Shown here one piece after another: positions 39,859 to 40,301 of a stretch of DNA of 40,301 nucleotides. How positions within the stretch are numbered: the first letter of the stretch is position 1; each line of letters starts with the position of its first letter. The stretch is from the NCBI GenBank assembly GCA_044221765.1, contig JBGAOO010000001.1:1-40301 (forward strand), written 5' to 3'. Source of the DNA: Usitatibacteraceae bacterium. Lineage in GTDB: Bacteria > Pseudomonadota > Gammaproteobacteria > Burkholderiales > Usitatibacteraceae. The notes under the pieces were generated by a model that worked only from the letters and a program-made list of their open reading frames with translations, made no database searches and was not told where the DNA came from. Made by a program: the position numbers and the translations under genes.

Positions 39859-40301
39859 GGCGCTACCTGCCCCGCTCCCTCTTCGGGCAGCTGATGCTGG
39901 TGCTGGCGGGCGGGCTCGTCCTCGCGCAGCTGCTCAGCGCGGCGCTGCACCTGCTCGAGCGCGACTCGGTGCTCGCCCGCGCGAGCGGCATGCAGCCGGC
40001 GCAGCGCATCGCCGACATCGTGAAGCTGCTCGACTCCCTCGGCCCCGCCGAGCGCGAGCGGATCGTGCGCATCCTGAGCGTGCCGCCGCTCGTCGTGTCG
40101 CTGGACCGCGCGCCGGCGGCCCCGCCGCCCGATCCGGGCGGCAGCGCGCGCGCGCAGATGTTCTCGGCCATGCTGCAATCGGCCCTGGGCGACGACCGCC
40201 CCGTGTTCGCCGCCGTCCGCCCGCGGCCGGGACGCGATCCGGACGTGGCGCCCCCCGAGGGTCCGATGCGAAAGGGCATGGGCATGGGCGGCCCGGGCGG
40301 G
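39855..40301 (+). CDS. sensor histidine kinase, N-terminal part only (runs off the window end)
   Basis: The ATG overlaps the RR stop (ATGA). TM1 is LFGQLMLVLAGGLVLAQLLSAAL, then a periplasmic region ending in ..PMRKGMGMGGPGG at the window edge. The kinase assignment rests on operon position only. Confidence 0.6.
   Translation, partial: MRRYLPRSLFGQLMLVLAGGLVLAQLLSAALHLLERDSVLARASGMQPAQRIADIVKLLDSLGPAERERIVRILSVPPLVVSLDRAPAAPPPDPGGSARAQMFSAMLQSALGDDRPVFAAVRPRPGRDPDVAPPEGPMRKGMGMGGPGG

Overview
By eye this is a very GC-rich (roughly 70%) chromosomal segment. Its gene content and synteny (dusB-fis-purH-purD-hemF, a liv operon, TRAP transporters) suggest a betaproteobacterium. I support about 36 protein-coding genes and see no rRNA, tRNA or CRISPR array. 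In order they are:
- a truncated aldo/keto reductase;
- a one-substrate exosortase E/CPBP-protease system with a 71-aa (A/V)PEID-CTERM target;
- DUF6265, MFS, OsmC, TfoX and DUF4124 genes;
- an Ada-AlkA fusion plus ogt;
- an EamA transporter, a YyaL thioredoxin-domain protein and cytochrome c551;
- livKHMGF;
- a histidine kinase / Hanks-kinase-receiver / EcsC / DUF1330 operon;
- a DEAD-box helicase;
- hemF, purD, purH, fis and dusB;
- a frameshifted secreted repeat protein;
- a fused HyuA-HyuB 5-oxoprolinase;
- two divergent TRAP binding proteins with dctQM;
- a ZraP/CpxP-like chaperone beside an OmpR-type two-component system.

The most unusual signal is not a gene. It is a family of composite inverted-repeat elements whose arms follow the pattern GAGTGACGC..CCCAARRG..GGAC(ACGGATGAAC)2-3.
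- Two ~211-212 bp copies lack any cargo (8592-8802 and 16184-16395, the latter with a triplicated terminus).
- One ~494 bp copy (13791-14284) encloses a lower-GC GxxExxY (PD-(D/E)XK nuclease-fold) gene that now has no start codon.
- A reduced ~100 nt derivative sits in-frame inside the 5-oxoprolinase gene (about 31789-31905).
- Two copies split the liv operon at gene junctions, and two supply the stop codon of the upstream gene.
- The arm sequences covary within each element, which argues for selection on hairpin pairing.

I read this as a poorly described Correia/RPE-like mobile hairpin family whose autonomous form may be the GxxExxY-carrying unit. That is inference and needs genome-wide and experimental checks. 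Many long ORFs in the supplied track are antisense or out-of-frame artefacts of the high GC content and are rejected below.
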